A DNA stretch of 64,000 nucleotides from positions 170,364 to 234,363 of the forward strand of contig JBAYUN010000001.1 in NCBI GenBank assembly GCA_041675085.1, given 5' to 3'. A model generated the notes under the pieces. It worked only from the letters and a program-made list of their open reading frames with translations. It was not told the DNA's origin and did not search any database. The position numbers and the translations under genes are program-made. The DNA is from Minisyncoccota bacterium. Lineage in GTDB: Bacteria > Patescibacteriota > Minisyncoccia > Phycocordibacterales > UBA9973. Of this stretch, positions 1-10,042 are shown one piece after another (the first letter of the stretch is position 1; every line of letters begins with the position of its first letter).

Positions 1-693
1 GAGTTCTGTTATCTCAGGATCCGGCATAAATTCTTTCTTGCGAACTCTATCATAAGCAATCTTGCGAGCTAGTCTCTCGGCTTCACGGACTGTGATTTTC
101 TTGTAAACAATTTCTTTAAATAATACGAGTTGTTCTTCGGGATGATCAGCGAGCATTAGTATCGGACGAGTATGACCTTCACTTATTTTACCTTCGGAAA
201 GAGCATTCAATACTTCTTCAGGTAAAGATAATATTCTCAAAGAGTTAGATACATACTCACGACTGCGACCCATTTTCTTTGCGACTTCAGCATGAGTGAA
301 TTTAAATTCACTAACTAAACGAAAAAAGGCTCGCGCGCGGTCAACAGCATTCAAATCTTCACGTTGCAAGTTCTCAAGGATAGCGAGTTCGAGCTTCATC
401 AAAGAACTATCACCTACGCGGATGATTACAGGCACTTGTAAGACTTGAGCAATCTTAGAAGCACGCAGACGTCTCTCTCCAGCAATGAGTTCGTATTCAG
501 TGACGAGTCCACCATCTGCTTTTTCTTTCTCCACACGAGATACAGTCAGAGGTTGAAGGACGCCATATTGTTTTATAGAGTCAGCTAATTCTAAAAGTCT
601 AGCTTCGTCGAATTCACGACGGGGTTGATAAGGGTTCGGTTTGATTTTATCAGTTTCGATCCAGAAAATTGAATTGGAATATAAATTAGACAT
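1..693 (-). CDS. parB: ParB-like chromosome partitioning protein (C-terminus runs off window start)
   Basis: Reverse-strand translation from ATG (rc of 691-693) reads MSNLYSNSIFWIETDKIKPNPYQPRREF...GERRLRA...; ParB box motifs recognisable; not in ORF track because it is open at the window edge. Confidence 0.75.
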   Translation of the reverse strand, partial: MSNLYSNSIFWIETDKIKPNPYQPRREFDEARLLELADSIKQYGVLQPLTVSRVEKEKADGGLVTEYELIAGERRLRASKIAQVLQVPVIIRVGDSSLMKLELAILENLQREDLNAVDRARAFFRLVSEFKFTHAEVAKKMGRSREYVSNSLRILSLPEEVLNALSEGKISEGHTRPILMLADHPEEQLVLFKEIVYKKITVREAERLARKIAYDRVRKKEFMPDPEITEL

Positions 694-798
694 AGATTGA
701 TTTTAGCATAAATATTTTATTTTTTATAATATGGCAATCTGTGAATAAAAAGTGTAAAAGTTGAATAAAAAATTAAAAAATAGTATTATAAACTCATT

Positions 799-880
799 GC
801 CCGGGTGGCGGAATTGGTAGACGCGCACGACTCAAAATCGTGTATCGTAAGGTGTGAGAGTTCGATTCTCTCCCCGGGCA
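799..880 (+). tRNA. tRNA-Leu (anticodon CAA)
   Basis: 82-nt cloverleaf: acceptor gcccggg/cccgggc, D-arm ggcggaattggtagacgc, anticodon loop cTCAAaa, long variable arm, T-arm gagagttcgattctctc. Confidence 0.85.
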
Positions 881-888
881 CAAATAAT

Positions 889-2217
889 ATGAAAAAAAAT
901 AACACATATAGTTCGATAGATTTCGAGGTAAATGGAGGTACTAAATTGTCTGGTAGTATTACAACTAATTTTTCTAAAAATGGTTCTGTGGGATTGCTAT
1001 GTGCTTCACTTTTGAACCGTGGCAATACTACACTCCACGGTATCGCTCGCATCGAAGAGGTTTATAGAGTTATAGAAATCCTAGAGAGCATAGGAGTCAA
1101 AGTAAAATGGATCAAACAAAATTCTGTAAGAATAACTCCTCCAGAAGTTTTTGATCTTAAAAATATCAACATAGAATCTGCTATCAAAACCCGTTCAGTT
1201 ATCATGTTGATAGGTCCAGTGATTCATTATTTAAAATCTTTCTCTCTACCTCACGCTTCTGGTTGCAATCTCGGTAAACGCACCATATCGGCTCATACAT
1301 ATGCATTAGAAGAAGTCGGTATCAAAATCAAAACTACAAACAATAGCTATGATGTAAGTGCAAAGAAATTAAAACCCGCTGACCTTGTCATGTATGAAGC
1401 TGGAGATACTGCTTGTGAGAATATCCTAACTGCTTGTGCTTTGATAGACGGAGTAAGTACTATCAGATTCGCTAGCGCCAACTACATGGTCCAAGAAATA
1501 TGTTTCTTCTTGGAAACTTTGGGAGTTAAAGTCGATGGTATTGGTTCGTCTACTTTAGTGGTACATGGTATCAAAGAAATAAATAAAGATATCGAATACA
1601 CAAACAGTGAAGACCCTATCGAATCTATGATGTTTATCTCTGCGGCTATTGTCACAGATTCAAAGCTCACCATCACTCGTGCTCCGATAGATTTCTTGTC
1701 TTTAGAATTAGAAAAATTAAAAAAGATGGGGCTCAAGTACAAAATCACTAAACAATATTTTTCATACAATGGACGCACTAAACTCGTTGATTTAGAAATA
1801 CTACCTTCTAAATTAATAGCCCTAGAAGACAAGATTCATGCAAATCCATACCCAGGCATAAATATGGACAATCTTCCCTTCTTTGCGCCGATAGCAGTCA
1901 AAGCCAAAGGGGCTACCATGATCCATGATTGGGTCTATGAGAACCGTGCAATATACTTTACCGAACTCAATCGCCTCGGTGCCAACGTCACATTAGCTGA
2001 TCCTCATCGTGTATATATCCAAGGAGGTACAGTCTTAAAACCTGCTCAAGTCGTCTGTCCGCCGGCATTACGCCCTTCTATGGTGATACTTATCGCTATG
2101 CTTGGAGCTAAAGGTGTCTCTATGCTTCGCAACGTTTATATGATCAATCGTGGCTATGAAGAAATAGCAGAAAGATTGAACTCAATAGGAGCTGATATAA
2201 AAATCATCAAGAATTAA
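889..2217 (+). CDS. murA: UDP-N-acetylglucosamine 1-carboxyvinyltransferase
   Basis: Track ORF 805..2217 trimmed to in-frame ATG at 889 because upstream part overlaps tRNA-Leu; MKKNNTYSSIDFEVNGGTKLSGSITTNFSKNGSVGLL... matches MurA N-terminus; about 443 aa. Confidence 0.8.
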   Translation: MKKNNTYSSIDFEVNGGTKLSGSITTNFSKNGSVGLLCASLLNRGNTTLHGIARIEEVYRVIEILESIGVKVKWIKQNSVRITPPEVFDLKNINIESAIKTRSVIMLIGPVIHYLKSFSLPHASGCNLGKRTISAHTYALEEVGIKIKTTNNSYDVSAKKLKPADLVMYEAGDTACENILTACALIDGVSTIRFASANYMVQEICFFLETLGVKVDGIGSSTLVVHGIKEINKDIEYTNSEDPIESMMFISAAIVTDSKLTITRAPIDFLSLELEKLKKMGLKYKITKQYFSYNGRTKLVDLEILPSKLIALEDKIHANPYPGINMDNLPFFAPIAVKAKGATMIHDWVYENRAIYFTELNRLGANVTLADPHRVYIQGGTVLKPAQVVCPPALRPSMVILIAMLGAKGVSMLRNVYMINRGYEEIAERLNSIGADIKIIKN

Positions 2218-2234
2218 TTTTAGAAATTCTACAA

Positions 2235-3101
2235 ATGAAAGAAAAAGTTATTGTAATACTAGGACCAACGGCTATTGGGAAAAGTTCTTTAGCTGTTAAA
2301 ATCGCTCATCTTTATAATGGCGAAGTTATTTCGGCTGATTCACGGCAAGTTTATAAATATCTAGATATTGGTACGGGGAAAATAAGCCCAAAAGAGATGA
2401 ACGGTATTCCCCATTATGGATTAGATTTAGTAAGTCCAAAGAAAACTTATAGTGTAGTTTTATATCAAAAATACGCTCTAAAGAAAATCAAAGATATACT
2501 CAAACGAGGCAAGACTCCTATCATCTGCGGAGGGACAGGATTCTATATTGATGCTGTTACTCAAAACCTCATCTTGCCTACCGTACCTGCGAATCTAATA
2601 TTAAGAAAAGAATTAAATAAAAATAGCACCGAAGAGAATTATAAAATCTTAGTATCTTTAGATAAAGAGCGAGCTAATAATATTGACGCCAAGAACAACG
2701 TACGACTTATCCGAGCGATAGAGATAGCCAAAGTCTTAGGTAAAGTCCCCTCCTTGGCGGTCGAACCGCCAAGTGAAAGTAAATATGAATTTATTAAAAT
2801 AGGTCTGACTCTACCTCAAGAAGATTTATATAAAAACATAGAAAAGCGAGTAAAGATAATGTTTAAGTCTGGACTACTAAGTGAGATAGAAACATTAAAA
2901 AAAATGAAGATAAGTACAGATAAACTCCGCGAATTTGGCTTTGAATATTTCAATCCTACTTTAGAATCTGTAACTTCAGGATCAAAAAAATACGCCAAAC
3001 GTCAGGTGACTTGGTTTAAAAGAGACAAAGAGATAAATTGGTTTGAACCCAAAAATTTAAAAGAAATTAAAAAATTAATAAATCAAAAACTAAAGTCTTA
3101 A
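2235..3101 (+). CDS. miaA: tRNA dimethylallyltransferase
   Basis: P-loop ILGPTAIGKSSLA followed by ISADSRQVYK..LDIGTGK, typical MiaA. Confidence 0.85.
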   Translation: MKEKVIVILGPTAIGKSSLAVKIAHLYNGEVISADSRQVYKYLDIGTGKISPKEMNGIPHYGLDLVSPKKTYSVVLYQKYALKKIKDILKRGKTPIICGGTGFYIDAVTQNLILPTVPANLILRKELNKNSTEENYKILVSLDKERANNIDAKNNVRLIRAIEIAKVLGKVPSLAVEPPSESKYEFIKIGLTLPQEDLYKNIEKRVKIMFKSGLLSEIETLKKMKISTDKLREFGFEYFNPTLESVTSGSKKYAKRQVTWFKRDKEINWFEPKNLKEIKKLINQKLKS

Positions 3102-3115
3102 CTCATTCTCATTTT

Positions 3116-3715
3116 TTATTTATTTTTTGCTTTTTTATTTTTAATTAATTCTACGAATATCGGAACGATAGACAACAAGACAACAACTATCACTACGACG
3201 TGCATATAATCTTTAATACCAGGGAAAACATGGCCAAAGAAATATCCTACCAAGGTTACAGTAGTAGACCAGAGTAAAGAACCAAAGAAACTATATTTCA
3301 AAAACAATAAATAATTCATACGCGCGACTCCAGCTCCAATAGGAGTAAAAGTTCTTACAATAGGCACAAAACGAGATAATACAATGGCCACACGCCCATA
3401 TTTTTCAAAAAAGACTCGAGCTTGCTCGATATTTTTTTCTTTTAAAACTAATCGAAAAAAACTATACTTTCGGAGGTTTGGTAAATATACACCTATCTCA
3501 TACCCTACTACTGCCCCAAAAAAAGTACTAATAAATATCAGAGCAATGACTACATAAATATCCAAAAATCCTGACGCTGCAAAAAGCCCTACAGTAAAGA
3601 GCAAAGAATCTCCAGGCAAAGCAAAGAATATTCCTGATTCTAGAAATACAACTGTAAAAATCCCTACATAACCGTAAGTCTCTAGCAGATAATTTATATT
3701 AAATAATTCAAGCAT
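3116..3715 (-). CDS. DedA/SNARE-associated family membrane protein
   Basis: Polytopic membrane protein with LPGDSLLFTVGLFAASG motif characteristic of DedA. Confidence 0.7.
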   Translation of the reverse strand: MLELFNINYLLETYGYVGIFTVVFLESGIFFALPGDSLLFTVGLFAASGFLDIYVVIALIFISTFFGAVVGYEIGVYLPNLRKYSFFRLVLKEKNIEQARVFFEKYGRVAIVLSRFVPIVRTFTPIGAGVARMNYLLFLKYSFFGSLLWSTTVTLVGYFFGHVFPGIKDYMHVVVIVVVLLSIVPIFVELIKNKKAKNK

Positions 3716-3717
3716 TG

Positions 3718-4386
3718 TTAAATTTTAAAAGGATTAAAATCTGTCTTTTCGTCATAATAATCCTCACTCTCAGTACGCTTGAGAAAAGCTACAACTTTAT
3801 AAGTGACTGGAGTAAACAATACCTCAATCAAAGTTTTAAAAATATAATTTGAAATTATTAGAGTCAAAAGAAGTGATGAAGGCAAAATACCAACGAAAGC
3901 TATAAGTATAAATAAACTACTATCGACTAATTCTCCGACTACTGTCGAACCGATAGTTCTCGCCCAGAGCTTTTTACCACCTGACCAGATTTTCATTTTA
4001 GCGAGCACAAAAGCATTTGAAAAAGAACCGAGAGTATAAGCCACTAGACTAGCGAGTACAATACGAGGAGTGAGTCCCAAGATCTTGTCGTAAGCTTCTT
4101 GATTGCCCCAGTCTGAAGCCGCAGGTAGAGCTCCCACGATTATAAATACCAAAGACATAAGTAAAGCCATAAAGAACCCAAGCCAGATAACTTGTTTGGA
4201 TTTCTTGTATCCATAAACTTCAGTCAAAATATCACCAAAAATATAAGAAAGAGGGAAAAGTAAAGTCCCAGCATCAAAAGTAAAAATCCCAAAATCTACT
4301 ATCTTTGTCGAAGCGACGTTGGATATCAAAAGCACCGACACAAAGAATACAGAAATAATTCCTAAATATTTATAATTTTTATCCAT
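3718..4386 (-). CDS. YhhQ/queuosine-precursor transporter family membrane protein
   Basis: About 220 aa multi-TM, FPLSYIFGDILTEVYGY region resembles YhhQ/DUF165 family. Confidence 0.55.
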   Translation of the reverse strand: MDKNYKYLGIISVFFVSVLLISNVASTKIVDFGIFTFDAGTLLFPLSYIFGDILTEVYGYKKSKQVIWLGFFMALLMSLVFIIVGALPAASDWGNQEAYDKILGLTPRIVLASLVAYTLGSFSNAFVLAKMKIWSGGKKLWARTIGSTVVGELVDSSLFILIAFVGILPSSLLLTLIISNYIFKTLIEVLFTPVTYKVVAFLKRTESEDYYDEKTDFNPFKI

Positions 4387-4397
4387 ATAAAATAGTT

Positions 4398-4970
4398 TTA
4401 TCTTCTACCTAATAAATAATCTGATAACTCACCTATCCCTATTTTTTCTTTTGAAGAATATGGAAAAACTCTATGACCGTAAAGCATATCTTCTATTTTC
4501 TTGAGCTGGTTTTTGTATTGGGAATTTTTAATTTTATCTACTTTGTTAGCTACTACGACTATCTCCCTACCTGCTTCTTCAAGAGATCGTATCATGCCGA
4601 GGTCGTCTTTGGTCGGACCTATCTCGCCATCAATAATAACCACAACGATAGGGTCATGATGTGAATCAAAAAGATACCAATACAAGAGCTTGTTGATACT
4701 TTTCCATTTTTCAAAAGAAGTCTTAGCGAAACCGTATCCAGGCAAATCAATAAAATACACAGAATTATTGATTTTAAAAATATTTAATTCTTGAGTTCTA
4801 CCTGGAGTACTACTAGTGCGAGCGAGATTTTTAACTCCAGTAAAAGAATTAATCAAGCTTGATTTACCAGCATTTGATCTCCCAATAAAAGCCACCTGAG
4901 GCACTCCGTCGTCTAGCATATCGTTGCTACCTTTGACTCCTCTTAAAAATACAGCTGATTTAATCTTCAT
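4398..4970 (-). CDS. engB: ribosome biogenesis GTPase EngB/YsxC
   Basis: G1 motif GRSNAGKSSLINSFTG, DLPGYGFAK, VVANKVDK. Confidence 0.8.
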   Translation of the reverse strand: MKIKSAVFLRGVKGSNDMLDDGVPQVAFIGRSNAGKSSLINSFTGVKNLARTSSTPGRTQELNIFKINNSVYFIDLPGYGFAKTSFEKWKSINKLLYWYLFDSHHDPIVVVIIDGEIGPTKDDLGMIRSLEEAGREIVVVANKVDKIKNSQYKNQLKKIEDMLYGHRVFPYSSKEKIGIGELSDYLLGRR

Positions 4971-4995
4971 ATAAATATCATAACAAAAAAGCGAC

Positions 4996-5020
4996 CTTTT
5001 GTCGCTTTTTTAAAAAATCT
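4996..5020. terminator. Rho-independent terminator hairpin
   Basis: aaaaagcgacc-tttt-ggtcgcttttt between engB start side and mscL stop. Confidence 0.5.
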
Positions 5021-5033
5021 TAATTGTTCCAGA

Positions 5034-5414
5034 TTATTTATTTTTTAATAAATCACGAATCTCTTGCAACAATTCTGTTTCTGTTGGACCCGTTGGCGCA
5101 TCGGCTGGTTTTTCTTTTTTCATTTTATTAATCAAAATATTCATAGGCTTAACAACAAAAAAGAATATTGCACCAGCAACCATAACAAAAGAAATTATTA
5201 CATTAATAAAATTTCCATATTTAAAAGTACTACCATTGATAGTAAAATTAAGACTGCTAAAGTCTGGCAATTTTGCAATTGCAGAAATTAAAGGAGTTAA
5301 TAAATCCGCGACCAAAGATGAAACTACCGCACCAAAAGCTGTACCAATAACAACACCCACAGCTAAATCTACAACATTACCTCTTAATAAGAATTGTTTA
5401 AAATCGTTCAACAT
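5034..5414 (-). CDS. mscL: large-conductance mechanosensitive channel
   Basis: MLNDFKQFLLRGNVVDLAVGVVIGTAFGAVVSSLV typical MscL N-terminus, 126 aa. Confidence 0.85.
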   Translation of the reverse strand: MLNDFKQFLLRGNVVDLAVGVVIGTAFGAVVSSLVADLLTPLISAIAKLPDFSSLNFTINGSTFKYGNFINVIISFVMVAGAIFFFVVKPMNILINKMKKEKPADAPTGPTETELLQEIRDLLKNK

Positions 5415-5540
5415 AAAGTTTTAAATTATTTATAATAAATACATTATACACTTTTTTATAAATAAAAAAAGCCCATATCACTTATAAAGTAATACGGGCT
5501 TCGGGGTCAAAACAAAAATTTAAAGAACTTTTTTTAAAAT

Positions 5541-5562
5541 CAGGTCCACCGGCGTGGACCTG
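5541..5562. terminator. GC-rich perfect palindrome, likely terminator of gene 5679..6413
   Basis: caggtccac-cggc-gtggacctg (9-bp stem) followed on minus strand by AUUUUAAAAAAA. Confidence 0.4.
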
Positions 5563-5678
5563 AACTCTTGTAAAAAGAGCGAAAAAAGAGCGATGGGTGC
5601 TTATGTATAAAATATATACTAAATGAAATTTAAAGTCAAGCTTTAGACTCAAAACCATTAATTTGACAAAAAGTATCT

Positions 5679-6413
5679 TTATTTAATTTTTAGATTGACT
5701 ACTTTATTTTCTACAACTTCATAACTAAAATCTCTTTTTTCTTGCACGTGTCCATCTTCATATACCAGAGACCCAGAGTTAATAGCTAAATCCAAATCCA
5801 TAGAGACTACGTAAAATTTCCCACCCAATACAGGAGATACAGGAGAAAGTTCATTGATATTTTTCCACAAGATTTCTTCGACTGCCTCTCTCTCGTCTAA
5901 ATCACTACATGAGTAATCACGCAAAGTAGTAGAATAATCCACCTTTGTTAAATCTTCATAAGAGTAAGATCCATCAGGATTTTCTTTCATAGCTCCAAAA
6001 CCAATACTTGCATCCCCTTCACCAAAGATAATTCTCAATTGAGATTTCTCTGTCCTACCCTCACCTTCACGAGTCCAGACTGAATCTATGGTTCTACTCA
6101 TAGAATACCTATCTACAGGGGTCACAGAACCTTCAAAACTACCCAAAGACGCGTCTTTCTCAGCTGGCAAGATCTTTAGGTATCCTGTCACAGTTTGATT
6201 TGTATTGTCCAAATTCATTCTTAGGGTAAATTTATCATAAAATCCACTTTCTTGTTTTTCTCCAAATTTTGCAAAACAAAGTGATATAGGTTCTACTACA
6301 GAGACTTCTTCTAAAGGCTCATCTGCTAAAGGAATATTTCCTTTATTTTGAAATACAAAAATAGCAACCAAAATTAACAATAAAGCGATAAGCAAATAAA
6401 ATATTTTTTTCAT
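5679..6413 (-). CDS. hypothetical secreted/lipoprotein-like protein
   Basis: N-terminal signal anchor MKKIFYLLIALLLILVAIFVF; no recognised domain. Confidence 0.5.
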   Translation of the reverse strand: MKKIFYLLIALLLILVAIFVFQNKGNIPLADEPLEEVSVVEPISLCFAKFGEKQESGFYDKFTLRMNLDNTNQTVTGYLKILPAEKDASLGSFEGSVTPVDRYSMSRTIDSVWTREGEGRTEKSQLRIIFGEGDASIGFGAMKENPDGSYSYEDLTKVDYSTTLRDYSCSDLDEREAVEEILWKNINELSPVSPVLGGKFYVVSMDLDLAINSGSLVYEDGHVQEKRDFSYEVVENKVVNLKIK

Positions 6414-6441
6414 ACTACTATTATAGTATAATTAGACCCAT

Positions 6442-6930
6442 ATGAAAACAAACAAAGGTTTTATGACAATAATCATAAGTATTATCGTCCTGACTAGTAT
6501 CGGAGGATTTCTATATTATCAAAATACGCAAAAAATAAATTCTACTGATGAGACAAATCTAGATTCAAACTCCACAATATTAATAGAGACTCAAAACTCA
6601 AATCTTGCACCGAAAGAGATTTTTATTAGAAGAATCACAGAGACAAATAATGCTAAAAATTTTGAAGAAGCTTTAGAAGTTATAAAAAAGTACGATACTA
6701 AAATCCAGATAGTGGAAAACAATTATGAAAATGCAAGCCCAGAAAAGAAACAAGCTCTATACACAATACTCCAAGGATTATTCCCTTCGATTGGAGATTT
6801 AAAAAATATTACTGAAGTTATCGAGAACGACAAAGCCAAAGTCACAGCCGAAACAAAAGACGGCGAAATAACTGCAGACTTTATCAAAGAAGAAGGTAAT
6901 TGGAAAATTTCTGACTTGTACGGATTTTAG
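6442..6930 (+). CDS. hypothetical membrane-anchored protein
   Basis: N-terminal TM, 162 aa, no recognised domain. Confidence 0.45.
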   Translation: MKTNKGFMTIIISIIVLTSIGGFLYYQNTQKINSTDETNLDSNSTILIETQNSNLAPKEIFIRRITETNNAKNFEEALEVIKKYDTKIQIVENNYENASPEKKQALYTILQGLFPSIGDLKNITEVIENDKAKVTAETKDGEITADFIKEEGNWKISDLYGF

Positions 6931-6952
6931 AATTTTTCAAAATTCATAAATA

Positions 6953-6992
6953 AAAAAGAGGTTTCGATTATAATTAATCGAAACCTCTTTTG
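6953..6992. terminator. bidirectional Rho-independent terminator
   Basis: aaaagaggtttcgatt-ataatt-aatcgaaacctctttt flanked by T/A runs. Confidence 0.55.
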
Positions 6993-6995
6993 TTT

Positions 6996-7475
6996 TTAGA
7001 TATATTCCTTGCCATTCCAAACAGCAAACCTATATCCTTTAGTGTCCAAGAACTCTTCAAATAAACTAATAGACTTATCCCCAACACCTCTAAAACCTTC
7101 AAATTTTTTACGTTGCCACAATAAAGCTTCTTTTAGTTTTAAGTTTTTATTATTAAAAAAAAGTTCCATTCTGTTACAGAACTGATTGACAGCTTTATAA
7201 CTATCTTTGTTAACATTTTTTACAGTCAACCTGAATTCATCGACAATATCAAGAAATTCTACTAAGCCTGCTCGCTCTAGCATAGAATTAAAATCTGCAG
7301 TTTTTTTCTTAGAAAGTTTTTTATAAAAATTAAAAGTTACCTTTATATGATTAGGTAAATTTGAGTTTGTAAAATATTCTTTCTTTATATCAGCTTTCTC
7401 ATCTAATATAGAAAGTAATTCATCTTTGCTAATACTCACCACGGTAGGCTTTCCTGCTTTCTTACTAACTTCCAT
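6996..7475 (-). CDS. hypothetical protein with helix-hairpin-helix-like C-terminus
   Basis: FEGFRGVGDKSISLFEEFLDTKGY resembles HhH (RpoA-CTD/PolX-like) motif; weak. Confidence 0.35.
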   Translation of the reverse strand: MEVSKKAGKPTVVSISKDELLSILDEKADIKKEYFTNSNLPNHIKVTFNFYKKLSKKKTADFNSMLERAGLVEFLDIVDEFRLTVKNVNKDSYKAVNQFCNRMELFFNNKNLKLKEALLWQRKKFEGFRGVGDKSISLFEEFLDTKGYRFAVWNGKEYI

Positions 7476-7655
7476 TATTTATTCTTTTTTAAAATGTGAC
7501 GAACAATTTATATCATCCACACCATAACACACATACTTATAAAAGTAAAATATGCTTGGATCTTAAGTGGCGAAAACAATACACAAATTTGACTTATAAT
7601 TTAATTATGGTATCATATAAAAGATATTTATTTTGTACCTCAAAACACACAAAAA

Positions 7656-8150
7656 ATGGGAGCAAGCCTAAAATTCAACAAAGACCAAGTGTCAATCGTA
7701 TTTAGCAATGGAAAAGAATCTATTTTCTTTGAAAGCAAAGAAGAAGCTTTAAATGCTTTAATCGATTGTCACCAAAAATCAAAAATCACAGAGCAAGAAT
7801 TGAACGCGATGGCAACAGAAATAATAAACAGTAGTTTAAAATCGGTACTATTAGAAGAAATGAAAAAAGCTCTTGATCAGATGACAATCATAGTTTCAGC
7901 AAAAAGAAACAAGTCTAATGATGTTTTTGCTAGTTTATGCGGTTGTCGAGGTGCAACGGGAGCCCCTCATGCTTATATATATGACGAAGAGGGAAACCAC
8001 ATAGCACCAACTCCATTTTATTCAAAAATGCAGGGATATGCACACTGTGAAGAGTTATTACAAGATGGCATTATCTCAGAAAAAGAATACATTTCTTTAA
8101 AAAGTGAAATAGATTTACTTAAAATTCCTGAATCACTTCAGGACAATTAA
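7656..8150 (+). CDS. hypothetical protein with SHOCT-like C-terminal motif
   Basis: C-terminus GIISEKEYISLKSEIDLLK resembles SHOCT short C-terminal domain. Confidence 0.4.
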   Translation: MGASLKFNKDQVSIVFSNGKESIFFESKEEALNALIDCHQKSKITEQELNAMATEIINSSLKSVLLEEMKKALDQMTIIVSAKRNKSNDVFASLCGCRGATGAPHAYIYDEEGNHIAPTPFYSKMQGYAHCEELLQDGIISEKEYISLKSEIDLLKIPESLQDN

Positions 8151-8164
8151 AACAAATAGCTTGA

Positions 8165-8200
8165 GTTGGAAATTCTACCGACTCAAGCTATTTTATTTAA
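8165..8200. terminator. bidirectional terminator hairpin
   Basis: atagcttgagttgg-aaattctac-cgactcaagctat then tttattt. Confidence 0.5.
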
Positions 8201-8219
8201 TGTGTTTATAAGATCGAAA

Positions 8220-8813
8220 TCACCTACCAGAAAACAATATTATATTCTTCATCAAAAATGCACCAAGCATAGCCAACAAAAGTAAAGTCAGATAAACAGA
8301 CAATATTTCCAAATAAGAGTACGGCACTGTTTTTAACATACCTAAAATAATAGTAGTCACCCAAGAAGTCATAGATATAGCTCCGCTAATCATGACAAAA
8401 CTAGATCTGTCTCTAAAAGTTTTAGATTTTGTAAATTCTATCTCTTGATGCTTTTTCAAATGAGGCAAATGAATAGTATGGAAAATAATACCATTGATAA
8501 AGATAATAACCACAATACTAACTTTTACTAGAAATTTTTGAGAATTAGCATAAAAAACAGGATCAGTATAAAAAAGCAAAATTCCAGATATAATCAATAC
8601 CAATAATCCAGTCCAAACAACACTACCTCCAAGTCTCATAAAACGCAGCTCTTCTTTATTAATAATTCCATCTTTCACTGTAGCAAAAAACATAATATCA
8701 CTCATAAAAGCTCCACCTGCACCTAAAATTGCCCCAAAAACATGCAAAATTAAATAGATAGTTTTGATATCCAAAAATTCGGGTAACATAAATTTATTAT
8801 AACATAAAATCAA
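8220..8813 (-). CDS. hypothetical polytopic membrane protein
   Basis: Several hydrophobic helices; overlaps dinB stop by 4 nt (ATGA). Confidence 0.5.
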   Translation of the reverse strand: MILCYNKFMLPEFLDIKTIYLILHVFGAILGAGGAFMSDIMFFATVKDGIINKEELRFMRLGGSVVWTGLLVLIISGILLFYTDPVFYANSQKFLVKVSIVVIIFINGIIFHTIHLPHLKKHQEIEFTKSKTFRDRSSFVMISGAISMTSWVTTIILGMLKTVPYSYLEILSVYLTLLLLAMLGAFLMKNIILFSGR

Positions 8814-10042
8814 AGCAATTCTAAAATGACGAACCCTTGACTATTTTCATTAGACCTCTTCCCTCCTAGTGAAGCTGCTCTTTTAATTATATTATTCCCG
8901 AACTTCTTCCTGATCTTGTCGGCGGTTGTCTCTATTGCTAGATTTTTAATTGTTTTCTCTTGTTTGCCAAATAGGTCGAGCGGGGCTTGTTCTTCGCGAA
9001 TTAAATTATGGAGCATGACTCCCGTAGAACGAATTCTCCCCTTTTTAGATACAAGTTTGGGGAGTTCAGTCTCAATCTCCCCCAAGATTTCTCCCGGATC
9101 ACTAGTATATTGTGCCAATTTTACTTCACCAAAATAATATTTGAATTCAGTATTTTTTACAAAGAATGAAACTTTATTGGAAAGAAGACGGAGAGCTCTC
9201 GCCTCTCTGCATGCATACTCAACATTCTCCGATATCTCCCTTTGTATTATTTTTATCTCCGAAGAAGGAGGACGAAAGGTCGCAGTAGATTGAATACTTT
9301 TTTGGTCGCGGGGATCCGTATGACTTTCAACTTTCAATATCGACTCTCCGCCAAGCTCTTTTTTTAAAACCAAAAGCGGTGCAAAGAAATCCCTTTCAAT
9401 TTTATTTTCTGAAAAATTCACAAAGTCATAAGCTGTTTGCATCCCTAACTGTCGTAGCTTAGGGACAGTCCTCCCGCCAATACCCCAAATATCGTCTATA
9501 GGAGTCGCCTTGAGCGCTCGAGCCTCGTCTTCTTTAGAAAGTAACATTACGAGCCCATTAGGCTTCTCGAGTTTAGAAGCGAGCTTAGAGAGGGCTTTGG
9601 TCCTACCGAGTCCTAGAGAATAGCTGACATTGAGTTTGGTTTGTATTTCTTTTTTTAACTCTATTAATAAGTCTCTCTCATTTTTAAAATATCCGACTTC
9701 CCAAGGTTGCACCAAAGCAAAACATTCATCGATACTGTACTCCTCGATTTCAGAAAAGTATGAGGAAAGTATCTCAAAGAGCCTTTTAGCAATATCCCGA
9801 TACAAGTCAAAATGGTGATCCAAGATTACGACTTCTGGGAAAAGTTTTTTAATCTTAAAAACCGGCATACCGCGAGTGATCCCTAGAGCTTTCGCTTCCA
9901 TACTCATAGCTACAGCAATACCTCTATCGGCGCCTACGATGACCGGCTTACCTCGGAGTTCGGGACGAGCCGTAAGTTCACAACTAACAAAGAAAGAATC
10001 TCCATCTATGTGCAGATATAGATTGTCTGATTGATTTTTCAC
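8810..10042 (-). CDS. dinB: DNA polymerase IV (Y-family)
   Basis: LHIDGDSFFVSCE...GKPVIVG catalytic N-terminus; 410 aa. Confidence 0.85.
   Translation of the reverse strand: MKNQSDNLYLHIDGDSFFVSCELTARPELRGKPVIVGADRGIAVAMSMEAKALGITRGMPVFKIKKLFPEVVILDHHFDLYRDIAKRLFEILSSYFSEIEEYSIDECFALVQPWEVGYFKNERDLLIELKKEIQTKLNVSYSLGLGRTKALSKLASKLEKPNGLVMLLSKEDEARALKATPIDDIWGIGGRTVPKLRQLGMQTAYDFVNFSENKIERDFFAPLLVLKKELGGESILKVESHTDPRDQKSIQSTATFRPPSSEIKIIQREISENVEYACREARALRLLSNKVSFFVKNTEFKYYFGEVKLAQYTSDPGEILGEIETELPKLVSKKGRIRSTGVMLHNLIREEQAPLDLFGKQEKTIKNLAIETTADKIRKKFGNNIIKRAASLGGKRSNENSQGFVILELL

Noticed and set aside
805-888. N-terminal 28 codons of track ORF 805..2217
   Set aside because: This stretch lies entirely within tRNA-Leu(CAA) 799..880. 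The in-frame ATG at 889 gives a normal MurA N-terminus.
1482-1832. Antisense ORFs inside conserved genes (for example 1482..1832, 2816..2998, 4473..4664, 5064..5291, 5236..5424, 8916..9137, 9630..9818, 18040..18821, 19670..20047, 24452..24742, 25237..26268, 29349..29540, 30394..30852, 36117..36667, 41386..41580, 42980..43668, 47254..49237, 54859..55488, 57724..58391, 59012..59529, 60538..61176, 61561..61767, 62451..62639)
   Set aside because: Each is embedded antisense in a longer ORF with clear homology. Low-GC genomes generate long spurious antisense frames. No independent support.
5541-5562. Possible SRP (4.5S) RNA because of the caggtcc motif
   Set aside because: The sequence is a perfect self-complementary palindrome. 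It lacks the asymmetric domain-IV GGAAGCAGC / GNAR features. It is better explained as a terminator.
7496-7705. 69-aa ORF in the divergent promoter region
   Set aside because: It overlaps the start of the 7656..8150 gene in another frame and sits in an AT-rich intergenic spacer.
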